DNA of 37,764 nucleotides from Anaerolineae bacterium (GTDB taxonomy: Bacteria > Chloroflexota > Anaerolineae > J102): positions 1-37,764 of the forward strand of contig DRQW01000165.1 of the NCBI GenBank assembly GCA_011371305.1, written 5' to 3'. The position numbers and the translations under genes are program-made. The notes under the pieces were generated by a model, which did not search any database, was not told where the DNA came from, and saw only the letters and a list, made by a program, of their open reading frames with translations. Of the stretch, positions 1 through 9,503 are shown in pieces (position 1 is the first letter of the stretch; each line of letters begins with the position of its first letter).

Positions 1-244
1 CGGGAAACCGGTAGACCGGTAGACCGGGGTGAGCGAATCGGCCCGGTTTCCCTGGTTTCCTGGTTTCCAGGTGTACCGGGTTACCGCCCACGATTTTCGT
101 CCGTATCGGCGCTGGCAAGCCAGCCGTTGGACTGCTTTGAAAATACATGTCTCACGCCAAGGCGCCAAGGGCGCAAAGGAAATTAGGTGGCGATTTTCAT
201 CGGTATCGGCGCGCGGCCGCGCGTGGTGCCTGTTCTCAAAATCG
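1..244. repeat. Mosaic palindromic repeat, truncated by window start: octamer palindrome (1-80), hairpin module M (93-144), nonamer array (153-179), module M variant (191-244)
   Basis: GGGAAACC/GGTAGACC octamers are followed by GGTTTCCC/GGTTTCCT octamers, and 1-144 aligns with 22696-22850. 191-244 is bounded by CGATTTT...AAAATCG. Confidence 0.85.
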
Positions 245-253
245 CGATTGGAT

Positions 254-1942
254 TTATGATTTCACCCGGATGCCACCCTCCTCATAAGTGAAAATCCATC
301 CTGTCAGATCGCCCGGCACGATGTGATCTTTCACGTTTCCGGTGGCTGGGTCCACAAAAACACGGTAGAATCGCGAGGAGTATAAACCGCCATCGGCCTG
401 CAGTTGCGCCTCGGTGACCTCGCGAATTCGTCGGATGCGTTCCTGCCAATGGGCCATATTCGCGGGTGTGAGGTCCACCCAGCCATCCTCCGCGTTGTCC
501 GCTTTGATCTCCGGCCCGCGCAGCAGTTTCTCGCCATCCGGCGTGAGGATGGGGATGCCGATGGAGATGATGTGGGAGCGGAGTCGGGCGTCGGAAGCAA
601 TACGTTCGAACGCGGCCTGAGCCAAATCTTCAGGAGACATAGCCAGGGCCCGGGTCATGCTGTCGCCCGTGATCAGCTTCAGAAGGTAGGCTTCGTACAA
701 GAGCTTGGAAAGCCGGGGCGGTCCTAAAATCTCAAAAGCAATGCTCTCCACATCGTGCTCCTGTTCCAGATGCCGCATGCGGGCTAACGCGCCTTCTCGT
801 AGCACGCCTGCGCGGTACGTGGGCCCCAACACCGATTGATCCAGCGCACTGATGATGTCGAAGCCTGTGTTCCCGCCCTGAATTTCCATGATGATATAGT
901 GTGCGATCTCTTCGGGCGTTACAAATTCCATCTGGTTGAGGGAAGTAATGGTGGAAAATTCCTGCAAGGCAAAGAGCCCGTTTTCGCCGGTATCGACATA
1001 AACATTTTTCAGTACTTCGCCCGTGGGTTGCCCAAAAACACCGTTGTCGGCCAGGGCTTCTTCCAGCGGCACAGCATCGTCGGGCGGGCAGTCGTAGAGC
1101 TCGATGGCACGGCCTCTGCGCTTGATGGGGCCATAGCCGATCTCTGCCCAGCCAATGGCCGCGGTGGGCTTGATCTCTTTGATGACCTTACGGGTGGGTG
1201 GCGTGCGGGCCAGTAGGAACATGAGCATGCTATGGCCACCCGCCAGCGCGGATTTGGAAAGCAGCATGGCCGAGGGTTTCTCTTCGCCGTGGGTATAGGG
1301 GATGTTCAATCCCATGCCGCCCGTGCCGCTGGTGCCCACCTTAATGTAAACGCGTACGCCGTTCCAATGCGCGCTCTCGAACTTCATGACTTCATTCAAA
1401 ATCTGGATATGGCGCACCAGGTGGGGAATGTAGGTGCGTAGCACGTGCTTTTCGGCCATCTCCAAATGTTTCGCCGGGTCAGGGTCCTGCATCGTCTCCA
1501 GCAATTCATAGCTGCTGGCGTAGATGTTCTGGTAAGCGAACGCGGTGGCCGTGTTGATGCAATCGATGATGCCGTCGGGTTCATATTGGCGCACGAAGCG
1601 GGCCAGGGTGTTGTTTTCCAGGATGGCTTGTTTACGTTCTCCAACCATGGGGTCCAACAGATCCGCCAGTAGGCGTTTGCGAATTTCCCCATCCGCCAAC
1701 ATCTCCTCCCACCGCATATCCTTATATTCCCAGGGCACAAAGATATTTCCCCAACAGGCGTGCACGCGGGTGCCTTCGGGCGCTTCTCGGGCCAGCATAG
1801 CCGCGGTCTCTTCTGCGCTGACCTGATCAATCGAAGCAATGATGAGATGGGCCGGACGATATCGTAAAAGCTGACGGGAAATCGCCTTACCGACCTGTCC
1901 GGCCCCTCCGAGGATTAGAAAATTTCTCCCTTGTATCTCCAT
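254..1942 (-). CDS. Uncharacterised NAD(P)-binding Rossmann-fold (SDR/KR-like) protein, 562 aa
   Basis: N-terminal ILGGAGQVG dinucleotide-binding motif; GGAGG SD upstream on the - strand; long ORF. Substrate not recognisable. Confidence 0.8.
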   Translation of the reverse strand: MEIQGRNFLILGGAGQVGKAISRQLLRYRPAHLIIASIDQVSAEETAAMLAREAPEGTRVHACWGNIFVPWEYKDMRWEEMLADGEIRKRLLADLLDPMVGERKQAILENNTLARFVRQYEPDGIIDCINTATAFAYQNIYASSYELLETMQDPDPAKHLEMAEKHVLRTYIPHLVRHIQILNEVMKFESAHWNGVRVYIKVGTSGTGGMGLNIPYTHGEEKPSAMLLSKSALAGGHSMLMFLLARTPPTRKVIKEIKPTAAIGWAEIGYGPIKRRGRAIELYDCPPDDAVPLEEALADNGVFGQPTGEVLKNVYVDTGENGLFALQEFSTITSLNQMEFVTPEEIAHYIIMEIQGGNTGFDIISALDQSVLGPTYRAGVLREGALARMRHLEQEHDVESIAFEILGPPRLSKLLYEAYLLKLITGDSMTRALAMSPEDLAQAAFERIASDARLRSHIISIGIPILTPDGEKLLRGPEIKADNAEDGWVDLTPANMAHWQERIRRIREVTEAQLQADGGLYSSRFYRVFVDPATGNVKDHIVPGDLTGWIFTYEEGGIRVKS

Positions 1943-2295
1943 GTGTCAGTCCTCCATTGGACGAGTTAGGTGGGTGGGGATACGTGTGGACATATGATAT
2001 CATGAGCGATGGAACCAGGGCTATTTTTCGCCTTTCCTGTCCCATGCTTTCGTAGCATAGTTCAAAAGAAATCAGGCGCCACGCGCTTTGGGGCGGTTTT
2101 ACAGGAGTGATGACCGAGCTGTTGCTCCTTTTCACCAATTCCCTTTTCGAGAACATTCAATACCCTGCTACTTTCCCTCTTGTTTGCCTGGTTGTTGGAT
2201 TCTTCAGTGGGAAAACTGGCGATTTTTCTTTTTCTCTGCTTAAACGTTCAGCAGAAGGGTTACGACGGTGATTTTTGTGGCACGGGGGTAAGCCC

Positions 2296-2324
2296 TTGAC
2301 AAGGTACGTGGCATGGCTTACATT
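2296..2324 (+). promoter_or_regulatory. Sigma70-type promoter for the ABC exporter operon
   Basis: TTGACA (2296-2301), 17 bp, TACATT (2319-2324). Confidence 0.7.
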
Positions 2325-2368
2325 GTGAACAACGACATCATTTGCGTTTCCCCAGAAGGAGTTTATCC

Positions 2369-3241
2369 ATGCCCGTCATCGAAACCCGGCAACTCACCAA
2401 ATACTACGGCAAGGCCCGAGGCATCGTTGACGTCTCCTTGCAGGTGGAGGAGGGGGAGATCTTCGGTTTCATCGGGCCTAACGGCGCGGGCAAAACTACC
2501 ACCATCCGTTTGCTGCTGGGACTCATCTTTCCTACCCGGGGCGAGGCTCGCATCTTCGGCAAGGACGCGATCAAGGACGGGCCTGAAATCCGGCGCCACA
2601 TCGGCTATCTTCCCTCGGAGGTCTTCTACTACGAGGGCATGAAGGTCATCGACCTGCTCAAATACGCGGCTAGCTTCTACCCGGGCGACCACACCAAGCG
2701 CCTGCACGAGCTGGCCGAGTACATGGAACTGGACCTGCACCGCAAGATCGAAGACCTTTCGTATGGGAACCGGAAGAAGGTAGGGATTGTGCAAGGGCTG
2801 CTCCATCGCCCCAAGCTGGTGTTCCTGGACGAACCCACCCTGGGCCTGGATCCACTGATGCAGCGCAAATTCTTTGACCTGATCCGCGAGGAGAACGCTC
2901 GCGGGGTCACGGTCTTCTTCTCCTCCCACATCTTGGGCGAGGTGCAGCGGTTGTGCCAGCGGGTGGGCATCATCAAAGAAGGGCAGCTCATCGAGGTGTC
3001 GGACATCCGCACCCTGCAACAGAACAACTACAAGCGTATCTATGTCGCGGCCCGCGAGATACCGTCCGGCTATTTCGATCGTCCTGGCGTGACCAATCTG
3101 GAGGCGGTCAATGGCGGCGTGCGTTTCTTCTACAAAGGGGATATCGACGCCATCGTCGCCCGCATCAGCGCCCTGGACCTCATCGACGTCACTATCGAAG
3201 AGCCCACCCTGGAAGAAATTTTCATGCACTACTACGAATAG
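2369..3241 (+). CDS. ABC-2 type exporter ATP-binding subunit
   Basis: Walker A GPNGAGKTT, signature-like LSYGN, Walker B VFLDEPT, H-loop SSH. AAGGAG SD precedes ATG 2369, which is preferred over the TTG at 2342. Confidence 0.95.
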   Translation: MPVIETRQLTKYYGKARGIVDVSLQVEEGEIFGFIGPNGAGKTTTIRLLLGLIFPTRGEARIFGKDAIKDGPEIRRHIGYLPSEVFYYEGMKVIDLLKYAASFYPGDHTKRLHELAEYMELDLHRKIEDLSYGNRKKVGIVQGLLHRPKLVFLDEPTLGLDPLMQRKFFDLIREENARGVTVFFSSHILGEVQRLCQRVGIIKEGQLIEVSDIRTLQQNNYKRIYVAAREIPSGYFDRPGVTNLEAVNGGVRFFYKGDIDAIVARISALDLIDVTIEEPTLEEIFMHYYE

Positions 3242-3290
3242 CCGTTAGCAGCGGCGGCCCCGCACGGCAGCATAGCGCAGGGTGTCAAAT

Positions 3291-3380
3291 GCGTAATCCG
3301 TATTCCGTATTGCGTGGCGATCGAACGGAATACGAAATACGCAATGCGAACTTTGTCACCTCGCCCCACATTGGCTTGGA
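3291..3380. repeat. Heptamer palindrome (CGTATTC/CGTATTG ... GAATACG/AAATACG) with conserved right flank
   Basis: Tandem heptamers on both arms in inverted orientation; flank CTCGCCCCACATTGGCTT resembles 30694-30711. Confidence 0.8.
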
Positions 3381-3410
3381 GTCGCTCTCACGAACTAGCC
3401 CAACGACATC

Positions 3411-4220
3411 ATGAACACAAACATCTTCCAATTCGAACTACGGATGAAGCTGAAGTCCGCGCTGACTTGGTCCATCGCTGTGGTGGCGGTGAGTCTCATC
3501 TACCTGGGGCTGTATCCCTCCCTGGCGCAGGAGGCCGACCTGTTGGAACAGGCGATCCGCCAATTCCCGCCCCAATTCCTGCAGGCCTTTGGGATGCAGC
3601 ATTTTCATCTTGACACCATCATGGGCTTTTACAGCTTTGTGTTCCTGTTCATCCAGGTATTGTTAGCGGTGCAGGCTTCCATGTACGGAGTTGGGTTGGT
3701 GTCGGTGGATGAGGCGGAATTTACCGCGGATTTCCTGCTTACCCGACCCGTGACCCGCGGCCAAATCCTCACCAGCAAATTCCTGGCCTCGTTCGTCGTT
3801 CTCACCCTTACCAACGCGGTGGTGTGGGTCAGCTCCCTGGCCTTTCTGGAACTGTTCGACGCGGGCCGGGGCTACGACCAGCACGCAGTCATCCTGCTAC
3901 TCAGCAGCATTGTTCTCTTTCAGCTCTTCTTCCTCACCGCGGGCGCGGCCATCTCTCTGCTGGTGAAGCGGGTCCGTAGCGTCACGCCCTACGCCCTGGC
4001 TCTGGCTTTCGGCATGTATCTGCTGGGCGCGTTCAGCGGCATGTTGGGTGACGTCAAACTGGAGCTAATCACGCCCTTCAAGCACTTTGATCCCAACGCT
4101 ATTATCGAGAACGACGCCTGGGATCCCTCCCTGGTCGCCATTAGCATCGCCGTCATCCTGATCTCCATAGCCATCACCTACTGGCGATACCTCCATCGCG
4201 ACATCCCCGCGGTGGCGTGA
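3411..4220 (+). CDS. ABC-2 family permease subunit
   Basis: About 6 hydrophobic segments; DEAEFTADFLLTRPVTRGQILTSKF loop; ITPFKHFD motif. Confidence 0.92.
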   Translation: MNTNIFQFELRMKLKSALTWSIAVVAVSLIYLGLYPSLAQEADLLEQAIRQFPPQFLQAFGMQHFHLDTIMGFYSFVFLFIQVLLAVQASMYGVGLVSVDEAEFTADFLLTRPVTRGQILTSKFLASFVVLTLTNAVVWVSSLAFLELFDAGRGYDQHAVILLLSSIVLFQLFFLTAGAAISLLVKRVRSVTPYALALAFGMYLLGAFSGMLGDVKLELITPFKHFDPNAIIENDAWDPSLVAISIAVILISIAITYWRYLHRDIPAVA

Positions 4221-4227
4221 GAGGGAT

Positions 4228-4346
4228 CTCACGCAGAGACGCTAAGTCGCCAAGGGACTAGGGTTTGCTGGTGGCAGGTGAACGACTTCCTGCCAGAAGC
4301 CCTTGCCACTTGCGACTTGCAAACCTGCTTAGCGGCTTGGCGTGAG
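4228..4346. repeat. Nested palindrome: outer nonamer arms around inner GCAGGTG/CACTTGC-type heptamer arms
   Basis: Ends CTCACGC...GCGTGAG; the inner part is an inverted homologue of 34167-34245. Confidence 0.8.
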
Positions 4347-4363
4347 CCAAAAGGAGCCGTCGT

Positions 4364-5158
4364 ATGAACATCTACCTGCGAGAACTGCGAGCGAATCTCA
4401 AATCCCTCATCATCTGGAGCGTGATCATCATCCTGCTGGTGGTGATCGCGGTCACGAAATTCGCGGCCTACGCGGATAATCCGGAAATGCTCGCTATCCT
4501 GGATGCCTATCCCAAGGCCCTGCTGGACGCATTGAACATGCACGCGTTCAATCTCACCACCCTTAACGGCTTCCTGGGCGTCATGTTTCTCTACTACGCG
4601 TTGATGGGGGCCATAGCCGCGGGGCTGTGGGGCAGCGGTGCCCTCGCCCGGGAAGAACGCAACAAGACCATCGAATTCGCCCTGGCCTTACCCATTACCC
4701 GCACCCGGTTTCTCACGGCCAAGGCCCTGGCCGCTCTCACCCTCAGCGCCCTCTTCGTCCTAATCACCTGGATGACAACCCTGGTTGCCATCCAGTCATA
4801 CCAACCGGATGAATCCGTGTACGCGTTCCTCGCCCGGGAGATGATGGCCATGTTCGCCATCGAGGTGATCTTCCTCGCCATTGGCCTCCTGGTTGCATCC
4901 GTATCGAAGCGGCCCAAGCGTACAGGAGCCATGGTCACCGGCGTCATTCTCACGCTCTACTATGTTTCTATGATTGCGGGCCTGCACGAAAAGCTGGACT
5001 TTCTCAAATACCTGTCGCCCTTCAAGTACTTCGATGCGGCGAAACTGTTGCACGAGGGCCGGGTGGACCCGGTGTATTGGGCGCTGACCGCGGGGATTGT
5101 GGTTTGCAGTCTGGTGGGGGCTTATTGGGCCTTTCATCGGCGGGATATTTTTGTGTAA
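4364..5158 (+). CDS. ABC-2 family permease subunit (paralogue of the preceding gene)
   Basis: AAGGAG SD; about 6 TM segments; REERNKTIEFALALPITR loop; LSPFKYFD motif. Confidence 0.92.
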   Translation: MNIYLRELRANLKSLIIWSVIIILLVVIAVTKFAAYADNPEMLAILDAYPKALLDALNMHAFNLTTLNGFLGVMFLYYALMGAIAAGLWGSGALAREERNKTIEFALALPITRTRFLTAKALAALTLSALFVLITWMTTLVAIQSYQPDESVYAFLAREMMAMFAIEVIFLAIGLLVASVSKRPKRTGAMVTGVILTLYYVSMIAGLHEKLDFLKYLSPFKYFDAAKLLHEGRVDPVYWALTAGIVVCSLVGAYWAFHRRDIFV

Positions 5159-5177
5159 AGTTTGGGTAACGCGGCCC

Positions 5178-5206
5178 TTGACAAGTCATCAATTGTCTTC
5201 TATACT
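5178..5206 (+). promoter_or_regulatory. Sigma70-type promoter of the GntR/amino-sugar operon
   Basis: TTGACA (5178-5183), 17 bp, TATACT (5201-5206). Confidence 0.85.
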
Positions 5207-5219
5207 GGTATAGACCACT
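5204..5219. promoter_or_regulatory. dre-like operator (NagR/DasR-type)
   Basis: ACTGGTATAGACCACT is close to the DasR/NagR dre consensus A(G/C)TGGTCTAGACCA(G/C)T and overlaps the -10 box and start site. Confidence 0.8.
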
Positions 5220-5258
5220 GAACCACTAGACCGATTTTTCCCATTTCCGGTGGCCGCG

Positions 5259-5987
5259 ATGCTTGACAAAAATCACCCTCTCCCCATCTATTTTCAGCTA
5301 AAGGAATTGCTCCGGGAAAAGATTGCGTCCGGTGAATGGAAGCCGGGAGACATGGTACCATCGGAACGGGAGCTGAGTGAGCAGTTCCATATCAGCCGCA
5401 TGACCGCGCGCCAGGCCCTGAGTGAGTTGGCCACGGAGGGGTTGTTGCGACGGGAGCAGGGTCGGGGGACGTTTGTGGCCGAACCGAAGATCGAACATGG
5501 CCTCACGCGGCTCACCGGTTTTACCGAGGACATGAAGGCGCGAGGGTTGAGGCCGGGCGCCCGGGTCATCCGCTTGGAGCTCATCACGCCGCCTTTGTTG
5601 GCGATGCAGGCGTTGCAGATCAGTCCAGAGACGAAGATCGTCTTGCTGGAGCGCTTGCGCCTAGCCGAGGGGGAGCCCATCGCCCTGGAAACCAGTCATC
5701 TGCATTTTCCGGGCGTAGAAGCTTTGTTGAATGAGGACTTTGAAAATCACTCCCTGTACAGCATCCTTTCTGAGAAGTATCAGATTACACCGGCTCGAGC
5801 CGTGCAGAAAATCGGGGCCGATCTTTGCAGCCAACGGGAACAAGCCCTACTGAACATTGGGGAGGGGGCGCCCGTGTTGCGAAACAAGCGTATCACCTAC
5901 GACCAGTGGGGTCGTCCTTTCGAATACACCGAATCCGCTTATCGTGCGGATCGCTACGTCTTCCAGGCTGAACTCAATGCATCGTGA
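5259..5987 (+). CDS. GntR/HutC-family regulator with UTRA domain (NagR/DasR-like)
   Basis: PIYFQL...PSERELSEQFHISRMTARQAL...GRGTFV wHTH and a C-terminal UTRA domain. The start may instead be GTG 5250. Confidence 0.92.
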   Translation: MLDKNHPLPIYFQLKELLREKIASGEWKPGDMVPSERELSEQFHISRMTARQALSELATEGLLRREQGRGTFVAEPKIEHGLTRLTGFTEDMKARGLRPGARVIRLELITPPLLAMQALQISPETKIVLLERLRLAEGEPIALETSHLHFPGVEALLNEDFENHSLYSILSEKYQITPARAVQKIGADLCSQREQALLNIGEGAPVLRNKRITYDQWGRPFEYTESAYRADRYVFQAELNAS

Positions 5988-6078
5988 ATTTGGAGGAGGT
6001 TGCCATGTGAAACTGCCTATATCTCGTTCATTCCACTTTCGCCATCTCACCCCCACTTCATCAGGAGAAAACGTGATC

Positions 6079-7449
6079 ATGAAATCTACGCTATTCAAAC
6101 TCACCCTCTTCCTTTTGCTTATCGTCATGCTGGCGGGATGTGCGCAAAAGCCTGCAGATACGCAAGCGCCCGCCCAAAAACCCGCGGCCACCCAGGCACC
6201 TGCCCAAGAGAAGCCCACCGAGGCCCCCAAAGAGATGGCCACCGAGGCTCCTAAGGCCGAGGAAATGGCCCCTGTTACCCTGACCGTGTGGTCGTGGCGC
6301 ACTGAGGACGAGGATGCTTACAACGAGATCTTCGATGTGTATGAACAAGCGCATCCCAACGTCACCGTGGAATTCGTGCCTTTCGTCGCGACCGATTACA
6401 ATAACATTCTGGCTACGGGCCTCACGGGTGAAGGTGGGCCCGATGTGGTTCAGCTTCGCGCCTATGGCGGCTTGCAGCCCCTGGTGGAAGCGGGCCAGCT
6501 TTTGCCTCTGGACGGAAAAGTGAAAACCCTGTCCAACTTCTCGCCCGATCTGCTCAAGGGTGCCATGGGCGTCAAAGATGGGCATATCTACGGTGTGCCT
6601 TTTGGCATCCAAACCCTGGCCGCCTATTACAACAAGGGCATCTTCGAGAAGCTGGGCCTGAGTGAGCCCACCACCTGGGATGAATTCATCAATGTTCTGG
6701 AGACGCTGAAGAAAGAAGGTTACATCCCCATCGCGGCCCCGGCCAAAGACACCTGGATGCTGCCCATCATCCACGACACCGTAGGCGCGCCTCGCTATGG
6801 CGGGCCGGAATTCGAAAAGAAAATCCTGGCTGGCGAGACCGACTTCACCGATCCTAACTACGTCGCTTCCATCCAACTGGTGAAGGACCTGCAGCCCTAC
6901 ATGCCCGATAACGTGGTCGGCGTGAGCTATCAGGATGCTCGCACCCTCTTCCTCACCGAGCGAGCCGGCCTCTTCCTCGGCGGCTCCTTCGAGGTAGGCT
7001 ATTGGCGTAACGAGGGGCCTGAGCTGGACATCGGCATCTTCCGGGTGCCCCCGGCCCCCGATTCCGTCCTCGACCATCCGCTGACCCCTGGCTGGATGGA
7101 TGGATCCTACGGCGTCAATGCCAACAGCGACGCCAAGGAAGAAGCCATCAAGCTAGTGGAATGGATGGGCACCAAGGAATTCGGGCAAATGTTCACCGAG
7201 AAGATCAAGCAGCTTTCGCCCGTGCCAGGCACCGAACCCAAGGACCCGGTTCTGGCTCAGTTCGCCAAGTTCTATGAAGAAACGCCCGCGTCCTACATGC
7301 TGTTGGTGGATTTCCGCTATGGTGATCCTTCCGGCACAACCTTGATGGGCAATGGCATCCAGAAGATGCTGCTTGGCGAAATGACCGCGGAAGAGGTTGC
7401 CCAAAGCCTGCAAGAGGGCATCTCCCAGTGGTTCAAACCCAAACAATAA
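6079..7449 (+). CDS. Carbohydrate ABC transporter substrate-binding lipoprotein (CUT1)
   Basis: AGGAG SD; lipobox MLAGC; Pro/Ala/Glu/Thr-rich linker; GPDVV, YGVP, YYNK and PTTWDEF motifs. Confidence 0.93.
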   Translation: MKSTLFKLTLFLLLIVMLAGCAQKPADTQAPAQKPAATQAPAQEKPTEAPKEMATEAPKAEEMAPVTLTVWSWRTEDEDAYNEIFDVYEQAHPNVTVEFVPFVATDYNNILATGLTGEGGPDVVQLRAYGGLQPLVEAGQLLPLDGKVKTLSNFSPDLLKGAMGVKDGHIYGVPFGIQTLAAYYNKGIFEKLGLSEPTTWDEFINVLETLKKEGYIPIAAPAKDTWMLPIIHDTVGAPRYGGPEFEKKILAGETDFTDPNYVASIQLVKDLQPYMPDNVVGVSYQDARTLFLTERAGLFLGGSFEVGYWRNEGPELDIGIFRVPPAPDSVLDHPLTPGWMDGSYGVNANSDAKEEAIKLVEWMGTKEFGQMFTEKIKQLSPVPGTEPKDPVLAQFAKFYEETPASYMLLVDFRYGDPSGTTLMGNGIQKMLLGEMTAEEVAQSLQEGISQWFKPKQ

Positions 7450-7476
7450 ACCATCACCCCATCTCTTCTTCTCCTA

Positions 7477-7518
7477 GATGGCTGGCGGGTATCCCCCGCC
7501 CGCCAGCCATCATCTTTT
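7477..7518 (+). terminator. GC-rich hairpin after the binding-protein gene (partial terminator or mRNA stabiliser)
   Basis: GATGGCTGGCGGG / CCCGCCAGCCATC 13-bp stem followed by ATCTTTT. Confidence 0.6.
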
Positions 7519-7687
7519 CGCTTCGTAAAACCGGGCAACCGAGAGGCCAGGAAGTTAGCCGACTCCCCTGATTTCCTGGTCCACTGTTCATTTGTATCGA
7601 TGGCATCGACGCTGGCTTGCCTGACGTTGCCTTCCAAAACCTGCGACGTGTTATCAGCATGGTCCACCCCCTACGAGGTTCGCCGAG

Positions 7688-8653
7688 ATGACCGTTTCTA
7701 CCGCCAAACCAACCAGGGGCAAAAAACGCAAACGCGCCAAGGGTGTGGGGACGGGCGCACCACCTTGGGAGATCATCGCGCTGTTCATCCTGCCAGCCTT
7801 TTTGCTTTACACCATCTTCATGATCTGGCCCTTGTTCCAGTCCTTGTATTTTAGTTTCTTCGAGTTCAAGGGCCTGGCGCGTGGTGGGTTCGTAGGATTG
7901 CGCAATTTTCATGAATTATTTACCCGGTACCCCTTGAATGAGCAGCTTCCCAGGGCGTTTTGGCACAATGTGTATTTCTTTATTGGGACCATGCTCATTC
8001 AGAATACCATGGGGCTGCTATTTGCCAAGCTGCTCTATGCCTCTCGCTTTGGCAAACGCTTCTTCCAGACGGTGTTTACCCTCCCATATCTCATCAGCGC
8101 CCTGGTGGTGGGCTATCTGTGGAGCTTGATGTTGAATCCGTTGTTTGGCCCGGTGAACCAAATTCTGCGGGCCATCGGGTTGGAATCGCTGGCCAGGCCC
8201 TGGTTGGGTGATCCGGCCACCGCTTTGCCCGCGATCATTTTGGTCAACGCTTGGCAATGGGTCGGTTTCCCTATGCTGCTTTTCTCGGCCGGGCTGGCCA
8301 ATATCAGTAATGAGCTGCGCGAAGCAGCCCATATCGACGGCGCTACCAGTTGGAAACTGTTTCGACACATCGAACTGCCCTTGCTTCTGCCCGTCATCGG
8401 CATCGTCACCGTGCTTACTTTCATCGGCAATTTCAACGTCTTCGGCATTGTGTGGGCCATGGGTGGGGTCAATGGTGAACCAGCCGGGGCCACGGACGTG
8501 CTGGGATTGGTGTTTTATCGGACAGCCTTTCGCGGGGGCGTGGATGCGTTCGGTCTGGCCTCCGCCCTGGCTGTGCTCATGTTCATTTTCATCTTCGGCG
8601 TCTCCATGTTGATGCTGCGTTACTTCCGCCACATGGAGGAAAACCTGACATGA
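7688..8653 (+). CDS. Carbohydrate ABC transporter permease
   Basis: About 6 TM segments; EAA loop ELREAAHIDGAT. Confidence 0.93.
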   Translation: MTVSTAKPTRGKKRKRAKGVGTGAPPWEIIALFILPAFLLYTIFMIWPLFQSLYFSFFEFKGLARGGFVGLRNFHELFTRYPLNEQLPRAFWHNVYFFIGTMLIQNTMGLLFAKLLYASRFGKRFFQTVFTLPYLISALVVGYLWSLMLNPLFGPVNQILRAIGLESLARPWLGDPATALPAIILVNAWQWVGFPMLLFSAGLANISNELREAAHIDGATSWKLFRHIELPLLLPVIGIVTVLTFIGNFNVFGIVWAMGGVNGEPAGATDVLGLVFYRTAFRGGVDAFGLASALAVLMFIFIFGVSMLMLRYFRHMEENLT

Positions 8654-9498
8654 GCCAACACATCCACCCTTCCTCCCGCCGTATCAATCTGGCCTCGATT
8701 GGAGCCAACGTACTCTTATGGGGCTATGCGGCCATTGTCATCTTACCCTTGTTATTGGTGGTGAGCAACGCCCTACGGCCCACGCGCGAAATCTTCAAGA
8801 ACCCCGTAGGGCTGCCCACGTCGCCCAGCTTCGAAAGTTTCGTCAAAGCGTGGGAAGAAGCCAGCTTCAACATTTATTTCTTCAACTCCTTGCTGATCAC
8901 CGTTGCTTCCGTGCTCTTGGCCACCGCGGTCTCGGCCCTGGCGGGCTACATGCTCGGGCGTTATAAATTCCGAGGAAGCATGTTACTGACCGCCTATTTT
9001 TTGGCTGGGCTCATGCTTCCCTTTCGACTGGCCATCGTGCCCCTGTTCCTTTTGCTCAACGATATGGGGCTCATCGACAATCGTCTGGGCCTGATCCTGG
9101 TCTATGCGGCCACAGGCATTCCCTTTTCCATCTTCATCCTCTCCTCTTTCTTCCGGCAACTGCCCAAAGAATTGAGTGAGGCCGCGCGTATCGATGGCGC
9201 GGGCGAATTCACCATCTTTGGTCGTATCATGCTGCCACTGGTGCGCCCCGCCCTGGCCACCGTTATTGTCTTTCAGTTTGTCCCTTTGTGGAACGACTTC
9301 TTCTTCCCCTTGGTTCTGCTTCGTTCCACCGACAAGTGGACGCTGCCTGTGGGCATGACCCGTTTCTTTGGTGAATTTCAGGCCGATTGGTCCACCCTCT
9401 TCGCTGGGCTTATCATCACCACCCTGCCCTTGATTATCATTTTCCTCCTGGCCACCAAACAAATCATTGCTGGGTTAACCGCAGGCATCGGCAAATAA
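8650..9498 (+). CDS. Carbohydrate ABC transporter permease
   Basis: EAA loop ELSEAARIDGAG; WNDFFFPLV; ATGA overlap with the previous gene. Confidence 0.93.
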   Translation: MSQHIHPSSRRINLASIGANVLLWGYAAIVILPLLLVVSNALRPTREIFKNPVGLPTSPSFESFVKAWEEASFNIYFFNSLLITVASVLLATAVSALAGYMLGRYKFRGSMLLTAYFLAGLMLPFRLAIVPLFLLLNDMGLIDNRLGLILVYAATGIPFSIFILSSFFRQLPKELSEAARIDGAGEFTIFGRIMLPLVRPALATVIVFQFVPLWNDFFFPLVLLRSTDKWTLPVGMTRFFGEFQADWSTLFAGLIITTLPLIIIFLLATKQIIAGLTAGIGK

Positions 9499-9503
9499 TT
9501 AGG

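Noticed and set aside
1943-2295. AT-richer divergent intergenic region, considered as a regulator remnant or sRNA
   Set aside because: No recognisable reading frame or stable structure by eye; only weak resemblance to module M near 2060-2100.
6160-6270. Repetitive AQKPA/TEAPK coding stretch, and TPTPT at ~29485-29550
   Set aside because: Ordinary low-complexity linkers of surface proteins.
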